Positions 24,001 through 37,118 of a stretch of DNA of 64,000 nucleotides are shown here, in pieces. The notes below the pieces were generated by a model, which saw nothing but the letters and a program-made list of their open reading frames with translations, searched no databases and was not told the origin of the DNA. The position numbers and the translations under genes are program-made. This stretch comes from Bugula neritina (Eukaryota; Animalia; Bryozoa), in the NCBI GenBank assembly GCA_964035545.1, contig OZ037766.1, positions 16,730,722 through 16,794,721 on the forward strand, in the 5' to 3' direction. Every line of letters starts with the position of its first letter. The first letter of the stretch is position 1.

Positions 24001-27000
24001 TCTATGTTAATACTTTTTTTAACTCAAAAAACCAGCTCTTCAATTCTCTCCGCTATAACTTCAATTCATATTGTGGCTTCATAATGTAAAAAATATGACT
24101 GATACAGGTTAATGCTTTTCAGTGTTTTCACTCTGTAAAATTTTCAGCTAAATTTAATTAATAAACTTGCAAAAGCCTAGAATTGCATAGCTCTTTTATA
24201 AATTAAAAAAAAGCTAATGACAGTCTAGATTATTTTATGACACATTAAAGTACAGGTATGAGTCAAAATTAATTCCAAGTCCCATAATGCCTTTGCCCAC
24301 ATAAAATATATTTTACATTAAGGTGCTTGGCAATTACTTACATAAAATGATAGCTTCTAGAATAAATAAAGTTATTAAATTGAATTAAATTCAACTCCAG
24401 CTATAGGTTATAAATTAAAAGAGATGTTTATAAAATCTATTGTTTACATTTTGTAACTATTCCTGTTAATTCTACTTTTTTACAAAAAAATTCACCATAT
24501 TGTAACTAAATGACCACTCCTATTGATCAAACAAGTTAGAGCAGTCATTCCATTCGAATGAATTGTGAGAATAAATTCTTGTCCATACTGGATGTGGTTT
24601 CATTCGTATGATACTGTTTCGTTGATTAAATAATAAATGCATTCGAATAAGTTAAACCTATCAAGTTAAAGAGTTCGACTGATATGAACTGAACACAGAG
24701 AGCAGGCAAGTGCAGCAAACCCACTAGATATTAACAACCAGGGAGGAGGGGCTATTTTCATAGAACATACAATATGGCTGTCTAATGATGATCAATGGTG
24801 ATGCAAATGAACTGAAAGCTGAGAAAGGTGAAGTGTCACCTACCTCCTATTTGCATTACCACGCGAGTAACAAGCAATCATATTTCTGGTAGCCAAATGC
24901 TTGCCTAAGAATACGTATTTGACATAAATTAATGTATGTTGTATGACGCAAACAGCCATTGCAACAACAAACTTTAACCAATAAATATTAGCCTCTGCAA
25001 AGATTGGTGTACAAATTTAACTGCAATTATCAGCAAAATACTCAAGGAAAACCAATTGAAAAAAGTGAAATGTAATGAAGTGTCATCATTCAGGACCTAG
25101 GTGAAGGCATTGCATTGATATCAGTACATATTTATTTGACAGGAGTTGTGTTCACCCTTAAGGCTTTTTTGAGGATGTTGCTATTTTGTGTGTCAGCTAC
25201 CACAAAATCACAAACATCAGTATGAAATTGATGATACTAGCAAAAATTATAAACAGAAAGTATTTATTGTTTTGGTTGTCAAAACGCTGCAGCCAGGCAA
25301 CCTAGCTACAAAGATTAGCTAACAATATTTGTCTAGTTACTGCATGTAGTGCTCACGAATACACGTTAGATTGCAAGATCAAAGCTTTAAAAAAAATCCA
25401 GAACAAAATTTGGGCAGTCAATTGGAAGTGTATAGAAAGAAGCAATTGCTCAAAGATAAATCTAAATTTAGTAACTAGTCACCAACAGCCAAAAAGAATA
25501 ACTTGAATTAATTACTACAAATAAAAAAAACAAGTAGCCTACTCACATCAATAAGTTGAATGTAATTTGCATAATAAACCAAGTAAGCTCGCATTTTGAA
25601 AATATTATTTACGGGTAAAATTTCAACTAGCTTAATATTATGAAGTTGATATATCAAGTATTAAAGGAGCTCTTTGAAAAATAATGCTTATAGCTAGCAA
25701 AAAACAAGCTTTTCTGTTGAAATAGTAACCCCTCATTAAACCTTGTCACTATATTCCCTGGCAATTGTATCAAATTATTTGAGTGGAAATACAATAAGAT
25801 GGAGATCTACGTTCCAGATCTGAGTGTTATGACATTTTGACAATAAAATTATGTGGAGCGGTCAAGCTTTGAAATTAAAAATACGTTGACAAAATTGATA
25901 CAATTATCAATATTTAGAGACCCAAACAGGATCAACATAAAATAGGCTTAAAAACAGTTTAAAAGGTAAATGTAATGATCAGCTTTTAGAAAATATAGAG
26001 CTGTACGGAGAGTTGCTGATTTTTAAACTAAAACCCATAGTTATAACATCCATTAGTGAGAACTCAAACAACAAACTACCATTCAAGCTATGCAAATATT
26101 TACATTTCTGCGCCTAAAAGCGAATGAGAACTCAAAAATTGTAATTGGAAGTTTCAAAAGAAGAGGTCAATATTTTACTATATTACAGCGTTATATTGTT
26201 TGGCAAAAAAAGCTATACACGTAGTACCACAAAAATATAAATACTGCTAGCCAAATCTATAAAATTTAGATGAATTTGAGTAACATCTACTGCAAGTAGG
26301 GGAAATCTACAAAAATTATATATTTGAAAAAAACAACATCATGTTGCCACCAAGCTCTGGCGAAGTGTTTTAAACCTAGTACCTGACTAAAATATATTTC
26401 ATAAACTTTTCACTAAAACCGCTACAAAGAGTTTATTTGTGAATGTAACGTATTATAAAAAAATTAGGTTTGAAGACATTTAGGCAGTACCTTTTATTGT
26501 CGAAAAGGCCACTCAAGCTTTAGAGCTGTCACCATCTTTGCTGAAAACTGCAACAGGCCACCCGAATAATTTCAAGCCAGTTTCATAGCATATAGGGCTG
26601 GTGCTTAAAACTGAAATTAAAACAACAAACTTATACATATTATGCTCATTTACCGAGGGATGTGATAAAAACTAATGATTTTGACAGCTTGTGGTGTAGC
26701 TTCTACTGTGTCAATGAACGTCTACCCTCTACATACTTTGCTACTTTGACTTCTACTATCTAGAGGCAGCTGACTGCACTGACAAGTCTCAGTTATAGTA
26801 ATAACACCGGAGTCAAGCTAATAGGGTCCAAGTTATATCAATACAATCAAGAAATTTAGAGACAAGTTTACTACATCATAACTAACTTGAGTTATTATAG
26901 CACATGATGATCACAGTCAACACTCATGTTATTAGCACAGGATAAATTACCATACTACAAGATTTATCTCCACAATATTGAAAAGTGTCCATTTTTTAAA

Positions 27001-29764
27001 AAATTTAAACAACCATTGTATGATCAGAGCTTCAACAATATATGTGCATACTATAAATTGGTTTATAAAACAGTGCACATATGATATGTCAAAACATGCA
27101 TAAATTATATTTGAGGCATTTGAATTTTAATTGAGAGTTTAAAAAAATTGCTTGGTCATTTGACTGAATAAAAATAGACTCTTCCTATGTAAAAGACGTG
27201 ATAGATTTGGCAAGAAATCACATAAATAGATGGAGGTGTGTTAGAATTCAAGGCAAAATGAAAAATTATACTCCAGAATGTTAGACAAACTCACAATCTT
27301 ACACCACAGCTAACCACCCTCATATTCAGACATAGTTGGAAAGCTCCAGGAAACTATATATATACAATATAATAAAATACTAATAAACATGATAAACGGG
27401 AAGCCAATGATGAGCAAAAACTATTGTTTTGTTAATATAACAAGATACTAAGAAACCATAAGTCACCCTTATGAAATATCATTATGGAGACATACTTTAT
27501 ATAGATAGGTTGTTCTCCAGAAATTCTTTCTTAAGGAAGACCAAAAAGCAAACCTATAAAAAATAAAACCATAAATGATAAAAAGTTATATATGTAACAT
27601 AATGATACTATCTTTAGTCACTCCTATCTTTTATATATTTTATATTATATACTGAAGAAAACTGTGAGTAACTTAAACAGTTTTAAAGCACATTAGTTTA
27701 CTAAGGTGTACCATAAGCATATTATATAATTACTCCAGACAAAACTCAGGAATTCTAAATACAGTGTATACAAATTATAATTATAAAATTCAATTTGACA
27801 AGCTACTTATATTATTAAAAATCAAATTTATCGAGTAGCCTAGATCAACATTGCATCCATTACCAAACCCCACCGAGTGTTGCCTATCTTTTATATACCA
27901 AGTAAATTACTATTATATTTAACTGATATATTGATCAACTAAGGTGTTTAAAAGTGTTTAAAAAAAGCATGTTGCAAAAATATATGCAAAAAATTAAAAA
28001 CATTTTCAAACTAAAAACAAATGCAATTAAAGAAGTTTGTCTGGTGCCAAACAAATTATGCTGGGCAAGTGCTACAGTCTACACCTAAATTAGCAAAATA
28101 TCAGCTGTCGCCTGTCACCCTAGCACTTTCACATGTCTTTAGAAGCTAAAATGCTGATTTTTACACGACAAGTATTATTCTGAAAATTAGGTAAAAAACT
28201 GTTAAAAATCATCATTGTCATTGGTTTATTAGGTCCTACGATTATTCTGTAGGTACGTATTTTTAGGTTCAGCAAATCTTTAAGTTTGTGATGTAAAAGT
28301 TGCTAGGTAGCAGAAAACTTTTAAACATAATGAATGAAGCATTTAGTTTGTGTATAGGGTAAGTTATAGTGTTTATATATCAAAACAAAAGACAAAATTT
28401 CAACATGAATAATAATGCCATAATGTAATAGGTAATGAATTATAACAAGATCTCCAGTTCTATAATAATTTTTGCATTATTCTAATGATATATTTTTATT
28501 ATAACAACATTGATCAATGTTATTAGCTTATTTAAAAAAAACTTTTCAAACTTTCAATACAACAAGTTAAGAGACTTATTAAAGTTACAGTTATGTTAGC
28601 CACTTGTGAAAGCTTATCTCACTTAAAATATGTGGTGCTGACTTTAAAGTAAACAAAACTGTGATGGTTATTCAATTACTACTTGAATGTATGAAGATAG
28701 AAGATTGAAATTTACATTTTAAATAATGGGCTGCAGATGTATTAAAAGTTATGTGTGCTGTGCTAATGATTAAATATCCAATTAATAGCTAAGCAAAGAT
28801 TATATAACTCATGGGGGTCTGATAAATATTATTAAGATAAGGTATTTAAATGTCAGAACACTCAAACACATATTTGATGGAACTTCTAATTTTATAGCAA
28901 CCAAATTTAATATTGACTATTGAAATTTTTTTGCTATCCAACAAAGTCTATAAAAAATATTAGGAAAAAACAATCATCAACTAGGATGAGCCTACAAGAT
29001 AGCCACCACACTTCCATTTTATGCTCAGAAATGAGCATTCTGTGACAGAGCACTTTCACTATGGCTGTCAATTTAAGCTATATAGATAAGCTTAGTACCT
29101 GACTCAAATATACACACCTTTCAAATATGTGTTAGGTTTTTCACTGTGAATGCATGAGCTATGGTACTTTGTTTTATGCGCATAGAGTATGATGGCAAAC
29201 TTTGGGAAAACAACTGTTGTACACAGTTTGAGTCATTTAAAAACACTAACATACAGTTTATGATACTTCTAAATAGTGCCTAATGGTGTGTTTGAATATT
29301 AACTGTATCATTTAATTTTTAAATCAATGTTGATATTAATTGTTTGATGTACAACATTAAAAAAATCTTTGATTTGAATACATTGTACTGTTGGCTGTTC
29401 GAAGATGGTTTGTGATTAATCAAGTATTTTTGTTTTTTAGCTTCTATGCATATTTTCAAAGCCAAACTGTTCATATTAAAAAACTTCATAAAAATTAGAC
29501 AAATTTTGATTTATATTTTATTTTAGAAGATATTGACTCATAACTTCACAGGTTATGTGTAAATTTTTGAAACTTCCAATATCTACGGCATGTATATAGA
29601 CCTTCATTGAAAATAGGCAGCATTTGCAATAAATGAAAGATATCAATGCACTGTACAACAAGCTTTTCAATTGCTTTCTTTGCAAAATCATTAAACTTAA
29701 TGGCGACAGTTGAGCCCTATACCGTGAGTTGATTTGATGGATATATGTGCTTTTTACTATCAAT

Positions 29765-30174
29765 AGACCCTTTTCAGAGGTTCCCAATGTCCCCCCCCCT
29801 TGCAATTAAGAGTTGTGATCTCCCAAAATGAAATTTGTTAAGCAAAATAGGCTTGAACTCATTTTTGTGGTTTTGGTTGCTGTGCAATGCTGAAGTGCCA
29901 CTTTAGCATTGCTTAGTAACAAAAAAAAGATGCTTTCAAGATTTCTCCATGAAGAAATAGTTTTCAAATTTTGTTGAACTGCTAATATGTGTGCTTATAC
30001 CAAAATATCTATTTCCTAAAATAACAATTCTATAGCATGATTAGAATTCTAAGTTGCAGTCAAACTTTAAATTTTTAATGAGTTTGCTCTTGATGCATAG
30101 GTTCAACCTATTCCCTTTGGAAGACCACAACTCTTAATTGTAAAGGGGATATCAGGAACCTCTGAAAAGGGTCT
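29765..30174. mobile_element. MITE with ~60-bp imperfect TIRs (AGACCC...GGGTCT) and AT target duplication, ISL2EU/PHIS-like
   Basis: aat|agacccttttcagaggttcc...ttgcaattaagagttgtg pairs with cacaactcttaattgtaa...ggaacctctgaaaagggtct|att. The superfamily call is inferred from the AT TSD in an AATT context. Confidence 0.75.
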
Positions 30175-31337
30175 ATTGAAATCCACTTAGAGTTCATTAT
30201 AAAAATGTAATTAAGAATATGGTTATGATGGGCACTTGGTGCAATGCAAGTGAATCAAAAGAAGTTACCTATATTGCGCCATATAATTGCGCTAAAACAT
30301 GTATGTTATAAAGGTATATAATTATGTTTAAATTTGAAATATTTTGCATTTATGCATAAATTGATTAAGTTGTGCAAAATTTTAGTTGAATATTTCATAT
30401 GTAGTATTGATCATTATTTTAATATTGCATAAATTTCAGATTGACAATGTATCTAAAAACAAATGATGTAAGAAATACAAGAATAATAGTATTACCAAAA
30501 AACCTGTCTAGTACTATGGCTTAAAAATCACTTTGGAAATTTTATCAAGCATGATTCAAGATACTTTAATTATATTATTTGGTAATTATAATTTTGATAC
30601 TGTTGCAGCATGCTTACATTATACACCGGTGTCATCATAAAGTAGCTTTACAGTAAATTTTGTAACCAATGAGTTTTAGCCCATTCATAAAGTTTTAATG
30701 AGTTACTATTTCAACAGATAAAGCTAATAATCAACTCATGGTACACAGAGGGCATTAATTACAAAGAGTAAATTAGAATATACAAGTTGATGCAATGCTG
30801 ATAATAGTATGTAAATTGATAACGTCACAGAATTTGTGTTGGTGACATCTAATATATATTAACTGTATGTGAGTAAGTAAACATATAGGATTTAGATGAA
30901 TCACTGCCACTGATTTTAATTTTTATCGGCTTTTAGTTATGTTATGTTGATATACTGTCATTTGATCTAAAAAACAAAGGTCTGCTTTATGCAATTAATA
31001 TCAGCATTCAATGGAATTTAGTATGGTATCCAGCACTTGTGAGTATTGAAATAATTTGCCGAAACAATATATTTTATCAAAAGCTATAACCATTCCTTTT
31101 AGCATTAATAGCGGTGGTATTGATTTTTTTGCTTAAACATTATTTCATTAAAACTTTTAGTAGTTGACAAAATTTGAAAACCAGATGAGGCTAGTGCTGG
31201 TGGTAGAAGTCCTTTCATAACATGCTATAGGTTGTCCACTGATAGAAGCAACCATGCCACACCAATTCAGCAAAAACATAGCAAACATCAAACAAATGTA
31301 GACAATAAAAAATGTTTAGAGGCGGCATTAGCTGTAA

Positions 31338-31640
31338 CCCCCTTCACACCTTTTATTGTAACGTAGGCCGTAGCGTAAAATGTCAGCCATTTGTAATGTG
31401 CCTGGGCTTAAGTTATCAAAGTCCGCTATTGGGTGCAATTTATGACACTTCATTGGACATTTATATCCAATGAGTTGACGCAAACATCTCCCGTCCAATA
31501 GAAGCCTGACGCAACTTTTTAAATCAAGCAGTGCTTGATCCTGACATACAGTAATGTCGTACGGCCAGCTCAGACATTTTTAAAAATGGCTGACAATTGC
31601 TGGTACTGTTGACACTACAACAAAGTGTGCCAAGGGGGAG
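31338..31640. mobile_element. Degenerate MITE-like inverted repeat
   Basis: cccccttcacac...tgta pairs with taca...gtgtgccaaggggg, and tgtcagccattt pairs with aaatggctgaca. The interior has repeated ccaat and tgacgca motifs. Confidence 0.5.
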
Positions 31641-31978
31641 GGGGGAGGCAAAGTGAAATTAATAAATCATAAGGTTTTATTTTATCAAATAAAAGTATAT
31701 CCAGTATGCTACTTTATGACTATGTTTGATATTATAATCTATGACAACTTTCTAAAAATTAAAAACTAAAACTAAAATGTATTTCTATTACTTTTTATAG
31801 AAAATACTAAAACTTAGAGTATGGCTATATCACTGATTCACGTGTTGACTTCTATCTGTATGGTATTTTTATACTGTGGAATAAATGGAGAAGGAGCAAC
31901 AAATATTTTAGCATGCACAAATAAAATAGAGCTTTATGGATGCATAGGATATTAATTCTGTTTAATACAGATTTAAAC

Positions 31979-32135
31979 TGTTGTATTATAATGTACTCGC
32001 TATAATATTATGCTTTTATTAGGTCAAGGTTACTTTCAGTTTTCAATAAAGTTATCACCATCTTAAATACTATACTTGCTCAAATTCAGTGTCTAACAAA
32101 ATATAATCTGCTACATCCACAGTCATAATATTACA
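31979..32135 (+). repeat. 5' LTR of gypsy element 1
   Basis: Direct repeat of 36160-36316; followed by the PBS. Confidence 0.95.
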
Positions 32136-32217
32136 TGGTGGCCAGTGCGTGTTGCTGAAACCAAGTTGAAGTTATTAGCTATTTTATATTTACAAAGTTA
32201 AAGTGTGTTTTATCGTT

Positions 32218-35200
32218 ATGGCTAAGTTTGACCCCCCCTAAAGAGTTTGACTTTGATCTGTCTGGCTGGGCAGAATGGTTTACTCGCTGGCGTCATTATA
32301 GAACACTGTCAAAGCTCAACCAGGAAGAAGAACAGTTACAAGTTGATAGCTTTCTCTATTGTATGGGAAATAAAAGCGAGAGTATTTTCAATGGTTTGGC
32401 TTTGTCAGATGAAGAAAATAAGAACTACCAAAAAGTATCCGAGGCTTTTCAGAAGTATTTTTCTCCACATAAGTACGTGTTTTATGACAAAGCCTGTTTC
32501 TTTAAGCGCTGCCAACAACAAAGAGAAACTGTTGAACAGTATGTTAGGTCTCTAAATGACATAGCAAATAGGTGGGATTTCTCCAATAGATCGGAGCAAA
32601 TGCGAGACAGAATTGTAGTAGGAATCACGGACACTAACTGCAGTCGTGAAATGCAGAAAATTAATGTTGAAAACCTAACGGAAGAAGTTGCCATAAATAT
32701 GGCTAGACAATTTGAGCATGTAGACAAGAACATTAAAGACTTGACAGAAAGTCATACTCAGGGTAGTACTAGTAGTACTTCGGTATATGCCGTCTCCGAA
32801 TTTAGTAGTAGTGGTGGTCACACAAATAACAAGTCTCAGAAGCATAGCTCTAGGAGTAACAGTACTAGGCAAACTAATAACTCTACTCCCTGTGGTCGAT
32901 GTGGTTATGTGAAACACATAAGAGGTACATGCTCCGTTATATTGTAAGTGTAAGCGCTGTGGTAAACTCGGACACTATGCAAAAATGTGTAAATCTAAGC
33001 CTGCCAGTCATGTTCAGCAAGTCAAAAAAGAAGTGGAAAGCTTATTTCTGGGTGAGATAGCGGAGAGTAATGTAGGAGTGTAGACCAAGACTATTGTTGA
33101 AGACAAGCTTGACTTTCCAGTTCAGTTCAAACTTGATACTGGTGCAGATGTCTCCATACTTCCTCAAAGGCTATGTTCTAATGTGCCATTAATCAAAACT
33201 AAGAAATAGTTGTTAGGCCCAGGTAACACTAAGATACCAGTTGTAGGCTGTTTTAATGCTAAACTTTCTGTAGACAATGTTACTCAAACTGAAACTATCT
33301 ATGTTGTAAATCAAACAAAAGCCTTGCTAAGTCGAAATGCCTGTGTTAAGCTAGGGTTAATTTCATGTAAGTGTGATGTAGACTCTGCTTCTAATGTTAC
33401 TGACAACTCTGTATTTTGTAGAGAATTCCCAAAACTTTTTAGTGGTCTAGGTAAAATGAACCATACTGTACGTATAGAGTTGTGTTCTGAGTGTACACCA
33501 TTTGCTATTAACACCCCTCGTTTGGTCCCCTACCTCTTGTTGTCTAGTGTTAAGCAGGAGTTGAGTGATATGGTCGCAAAAAGAGTAATTTCTCCAGTCA
33601 GTGAGCCCACAGATTGGTGTGCTCCCATGGTTGTAGTCCTGAAGGCTAATCGAAAGGTGAGAATCTGTGTTGATTACACTGAGTTGAACAAAGTTGTTCG
33701 TAGAGAAGTACACCCCATGGGTCATGTTGAGTCAAGTCTCGCCAAGCTTGGTGATGGTAACTTTTTTACAGTACTCGATGCTAACTCAGGTTTCTATCAG
33801 ATTCCTTTCTCCCTTAAAGCTATAATGTTGACTACATTCTTGCCTCCGTTTGGTAGGTTTGCTTTTAATCGTTTACCTTTTGGGTTGTCGTCTAGTCCAG
33901 AATTGTATTGCAAAACTGTTTCACGGGTTCTGGAAGGTCTGGGTGGTGTTGTCTGTTACATGAACGATGTTTGCATTTGGGGTAAATCTCAAAAAGAACA
34001 TGATAGTCGTGTTCGTGTTGTTTTGCGTAGGATGGTTGACGCTAGTATGACTCTGAATGTTGAGAAATGCAAGTTCTCTCGTAGCAGCATCAAGTTTCTT
34101 GGTTATGTCATATCCTCTTCTAGCATTCGTGCTAATCCTGAAGCAATCCAGGGTATAGAAGGTTTTGCCATTCCAACTTGTGTTAAAGATGTTCGTAGTT
34201 TTCTTGGAATGGCTAATCAGCTTAGCAGGTTCTCCATAAGGTTAGGTGAACTCAGTGCTACCTTGCGTGAGCTTCTTCATAAAAACACTCCTTGGATTTG
34301 TGATGTTGCTCAAGAACAAGCCTTCTGTGACATCAAAAAAGAGTTACAACTTTGTGTTGAAATCGCTCCCTATAGTCTGCAGCGTGAAACAGTTATTCAC
34401 ACTGATGCTTCTCATTGTGGTATAGGTGCTGTTTTGTCCCAATTTCAAGACAATGGCGAGTTACACTTAGTCTGTGCTGCTTCTCATGCAGAGAAGAGGT
34501 ATGCTACTATAGACGCGTTAGCAGTTGGTGGGCTTGTAAAAAATTTTAGGGATTATATTGTTGGCTTTGGAGTGGTTATCAAAACTGATTACAAACTTTT
34601 AGTGCCCCTTTTGAATGATATTGAGCTTGACAAGAATCCTGCACGTATTCAGAGATTTAGAATTCGCCTCATGAGGTTCCAATATAAGGTGGAACACATT
34701 TCTGGAAAGAAAAATGTTATTGTGGATGCCTTTTCTTGTTCTGTAGGTCCCATTAGTAAGGCTGATGTTAAGTTCATGGAAGAAGAAGAGCTTTTCGCTG
34801 TGTCAGCATTGCATAATACTGCCGCTTCTCCTGGCTTGAAAGTTCAACAAGAGAATGATGAAATCATATCTCGTGTTTTTCAATATGTGAGGTCTGGTTG
34901 GCCCACATTTGCCTTTTCATAAAATTTTGTTGCGCCCCTATTTTGAATGTAGGCCTAGGCTTTCTACAATTGATGATATCTTGGTTCTTGACAGTCGCAT
35001 TGTTATTCCCCATGCCGAACGCCTAGCTGTGCTTGACAAAATTCATAGTGGTCACCTTGGCATAACCAAATGTAGATCTTGAGCTGCACAGTCAGTCTGG
35101 TGGCCCAATATGTCCCAGCAAATTGCAGAGATGGTTCAGAAATGTGAGTCCTGTAGGAAGGAGTCAAACGTTCAGCAATCCACACTCCTTCGTTTTGAGT

Positions 35201-36009
35201 TTCCTAGTCGTCCTTGGAAAAAGCTAGGCAGTGACTTGTTTTATTTTGACAAGAAGTGGTTCTTGCTAGTAGTCGATTACTATTCTCGTTTTATCGAAGT
35301 TGCATTGTTAGAGGATCTCACCAGTTGCAAAGTTATACTCCATTTGAAGAGCTTATTTGCTCGACATGGTGTCCCAGAGGTCCTGATTTCTGATAATGGT
35401 GTGCAATATGCTTCAAGAAATTTAAATCCTTCGCCCGAAAGTTTGGTTTTACCCATGTTACCAGTTCTCCTACACAACCTCAGGGAAATGGTGCAGCCAA
35501 ACGAGCCATTCAGACTATTAAAAACATTTTGAAAAAAGAACAAGATCCCTATTTAGGGTTAATGGCTTATAGGTCTTCACCGTTGGAAAATGGTGTCTCT
35601 CCAGCTGAGTTGTTGATGGGTCAAGAAGTGCGCACTACGGTGCCTTTTTTTTCCATCAGTGTTGGCCCCAAAGCAGCCCGATGCAGAACGAATTAAGCAA
35701 AAAGAAGCTCAAGCTAGAGCTCAGAGCGAAGATACATTTGACTTGAGACATCGAGTTGCGGTCCCTCCATCGTTAAGCCCTGGTGATAGAGTTCATGTGC
35801 GTGATCTGAATCCCGATGCTGAGGTTGTTAGTACTTCCCCTGCAAGGCCCCGATCGGTTGTTGTTAAAAGTACTAATGGTGCTTCACTCAGACGCAATGT
35901 TACCGACTTAGTGCCATTACAAACTACTGAGTTGTCTGATAAAAATAATATTGCTAAAAAATTTAGTTTTGGTAGAACTATTAAACCTAGACAGATTTTG
36001 GATTTGTAA
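32218..36009 (+). pseudogene. Disrupted gag-pol (Gag-PR-RT-RH-IN) of gypsy element 1
   Basis: ATG 32218 is out of frame with ORF 32228 through a C7 run. Stops near 32945, 33081, 33208 and 34920, and a frameshift in the integrase. ORF fragments 32228-32947, 33210-34922, 35110-35532 and 35659-36009. Confidence 0.9.
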
Positions 36010-36159
36010 ATAGACTATGTGCATTACTATTGTGTTTGTTTTCACTAGCGTACTAAAATATTTTTGTGTATTAACAATATGTTGCCAATGTGTGTTTTCT
36101 TCTGTATTATGGTTTTGTGTAGTCTCCCTATTTTTTATTATGGTCTTGAGAAAGGGAGG

Positions 36160-36316
36160 TGTTGTATTATAATGTACTCGCTATAATGTTATGCTTTTAT
36201 TAGGTCAAGGTTACTTTCAGTTTTCAATAAAATTATCGCCATCTTAAATATTATACTTGCTCGTGTTCAGTGTCTAACAAAATATAATCTGCTGCATCCA
36301 CAGTCATAATATTACA
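36160..36316 (+). repeat. 3' LTR of gypsy element 1
   Basis: Preceded by the PPT and followed by the TSD TAAAC. Confidence 0.95.
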
Positions 36317-36773
36317 TAAACCAAATAGAAGAAAAATTAAACCATTTTTATTAAGAAGGGAAATTTATAAAATTAACATTAGGTTAGACAGTGCAATACT
36401 ACATCAAGTGTCAAGGTTCTAATATCTCTGCAATACCATTTCGGCAAATGATCTTACATACTTGATCAAAAAAATTGCTAAATGTACTAAATTTTCTGCA
36501 GCTGACATAAAAATTTAAAGGTAGTATGAAGTGTCACCATAGATTAAATGAAAATCTTTGCAGTCGAATAAAATTTTACACCTAAAAGATATCAATACTA
36601 TAAATTGATTCAAAGTGCTAACTTCTCGAAAAAAAATAACAGAACAAGTAATTATTACACAGCTATAAAATTAACGTTATTTTTTTACAAGATAGCCCCA
36701 CAAAAGTTGATGCCAATATATAAAAAAATCTCTAACTGAAAGCTTTTGAAAAAGGGTTATTAGTAGTCTATGT

Positions 36774-36990
36774 AACTCTCACGCAAGCTTATAGTCACTA
36801 TTCGCTTGAGAAACCCTTGATGGAAAAGGTTTTTTGTTAAATCGGTCTAAAGACTTATTCAGATAGGGCACAGGAGCAATTATGACTGGATACTATTCCT
36901 AACATCACCAATGGCCTTTGTCGGGTTTCGAAACCATGACTTTGTCTTTACTAGGCAAATGCTTTAACCCCCTAGACCACGACTGCTCCC
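36774..36990 (-). mobile_element. tRNA-derived SINE (217 bp) with a 14-bp TSD
   Basis: Flanked by the direct repeat TTAGTAGTCTATGT (36760-36773, 36991-37004). The minus strand begins GGGAGCAGTCG-TGGTCTAGGGG (A-box-like), followed by GGTTTCGAAACCC (B-box-like). Confidence 0.8.
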
Positions 36991-37001
36991 TTAGTAGTCT
37001 A

Positions 37002-37118
37002 TGTTAAGCTTTCGTTTGCTTATGTAACAAAAATTGCTTATTTTGATGTGTAGTAGTCCATGTCATAACACATCAAAATAAGCAATTTTTGTTACATTAA
37101 CAAGTCGAAAGCTTAACA
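37002..37118. repeat. Hairpin with a perfect 30-bp stem (37022-37051/37068-37097), a 16-nt loop and an outer stem
   Basis: atgtaacaaaaattgcttattttgatgtgt and its exact reverse complement; outer tgttaagctttcg/cgaaagcttaaca. Confidence 0.9.

Larger units (their letters stand above)
31979..36316 (+). mobile_element. Ty3/gypsy LTR retrotransposon (Mag/K02A2.6-like), full-length but defective
   Basis: 157-bp LTRs at 31979-32135 and 36160-36316 (TG...CA, 8 mismatches); 5-bp TSD TAAAC; PBS TGGTGGCCAGTGCG (tRNA-Ile-like); PPT gagaaagggagg; gag with CCHC knuckles, protease FKLDTGAD, RT, RNase H (HTDAS), integrase (VVDYYSRF, ISDNG). Multiple stops and frameshifts; RT YxDD is changed to YMND. Confidence 0.95.
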
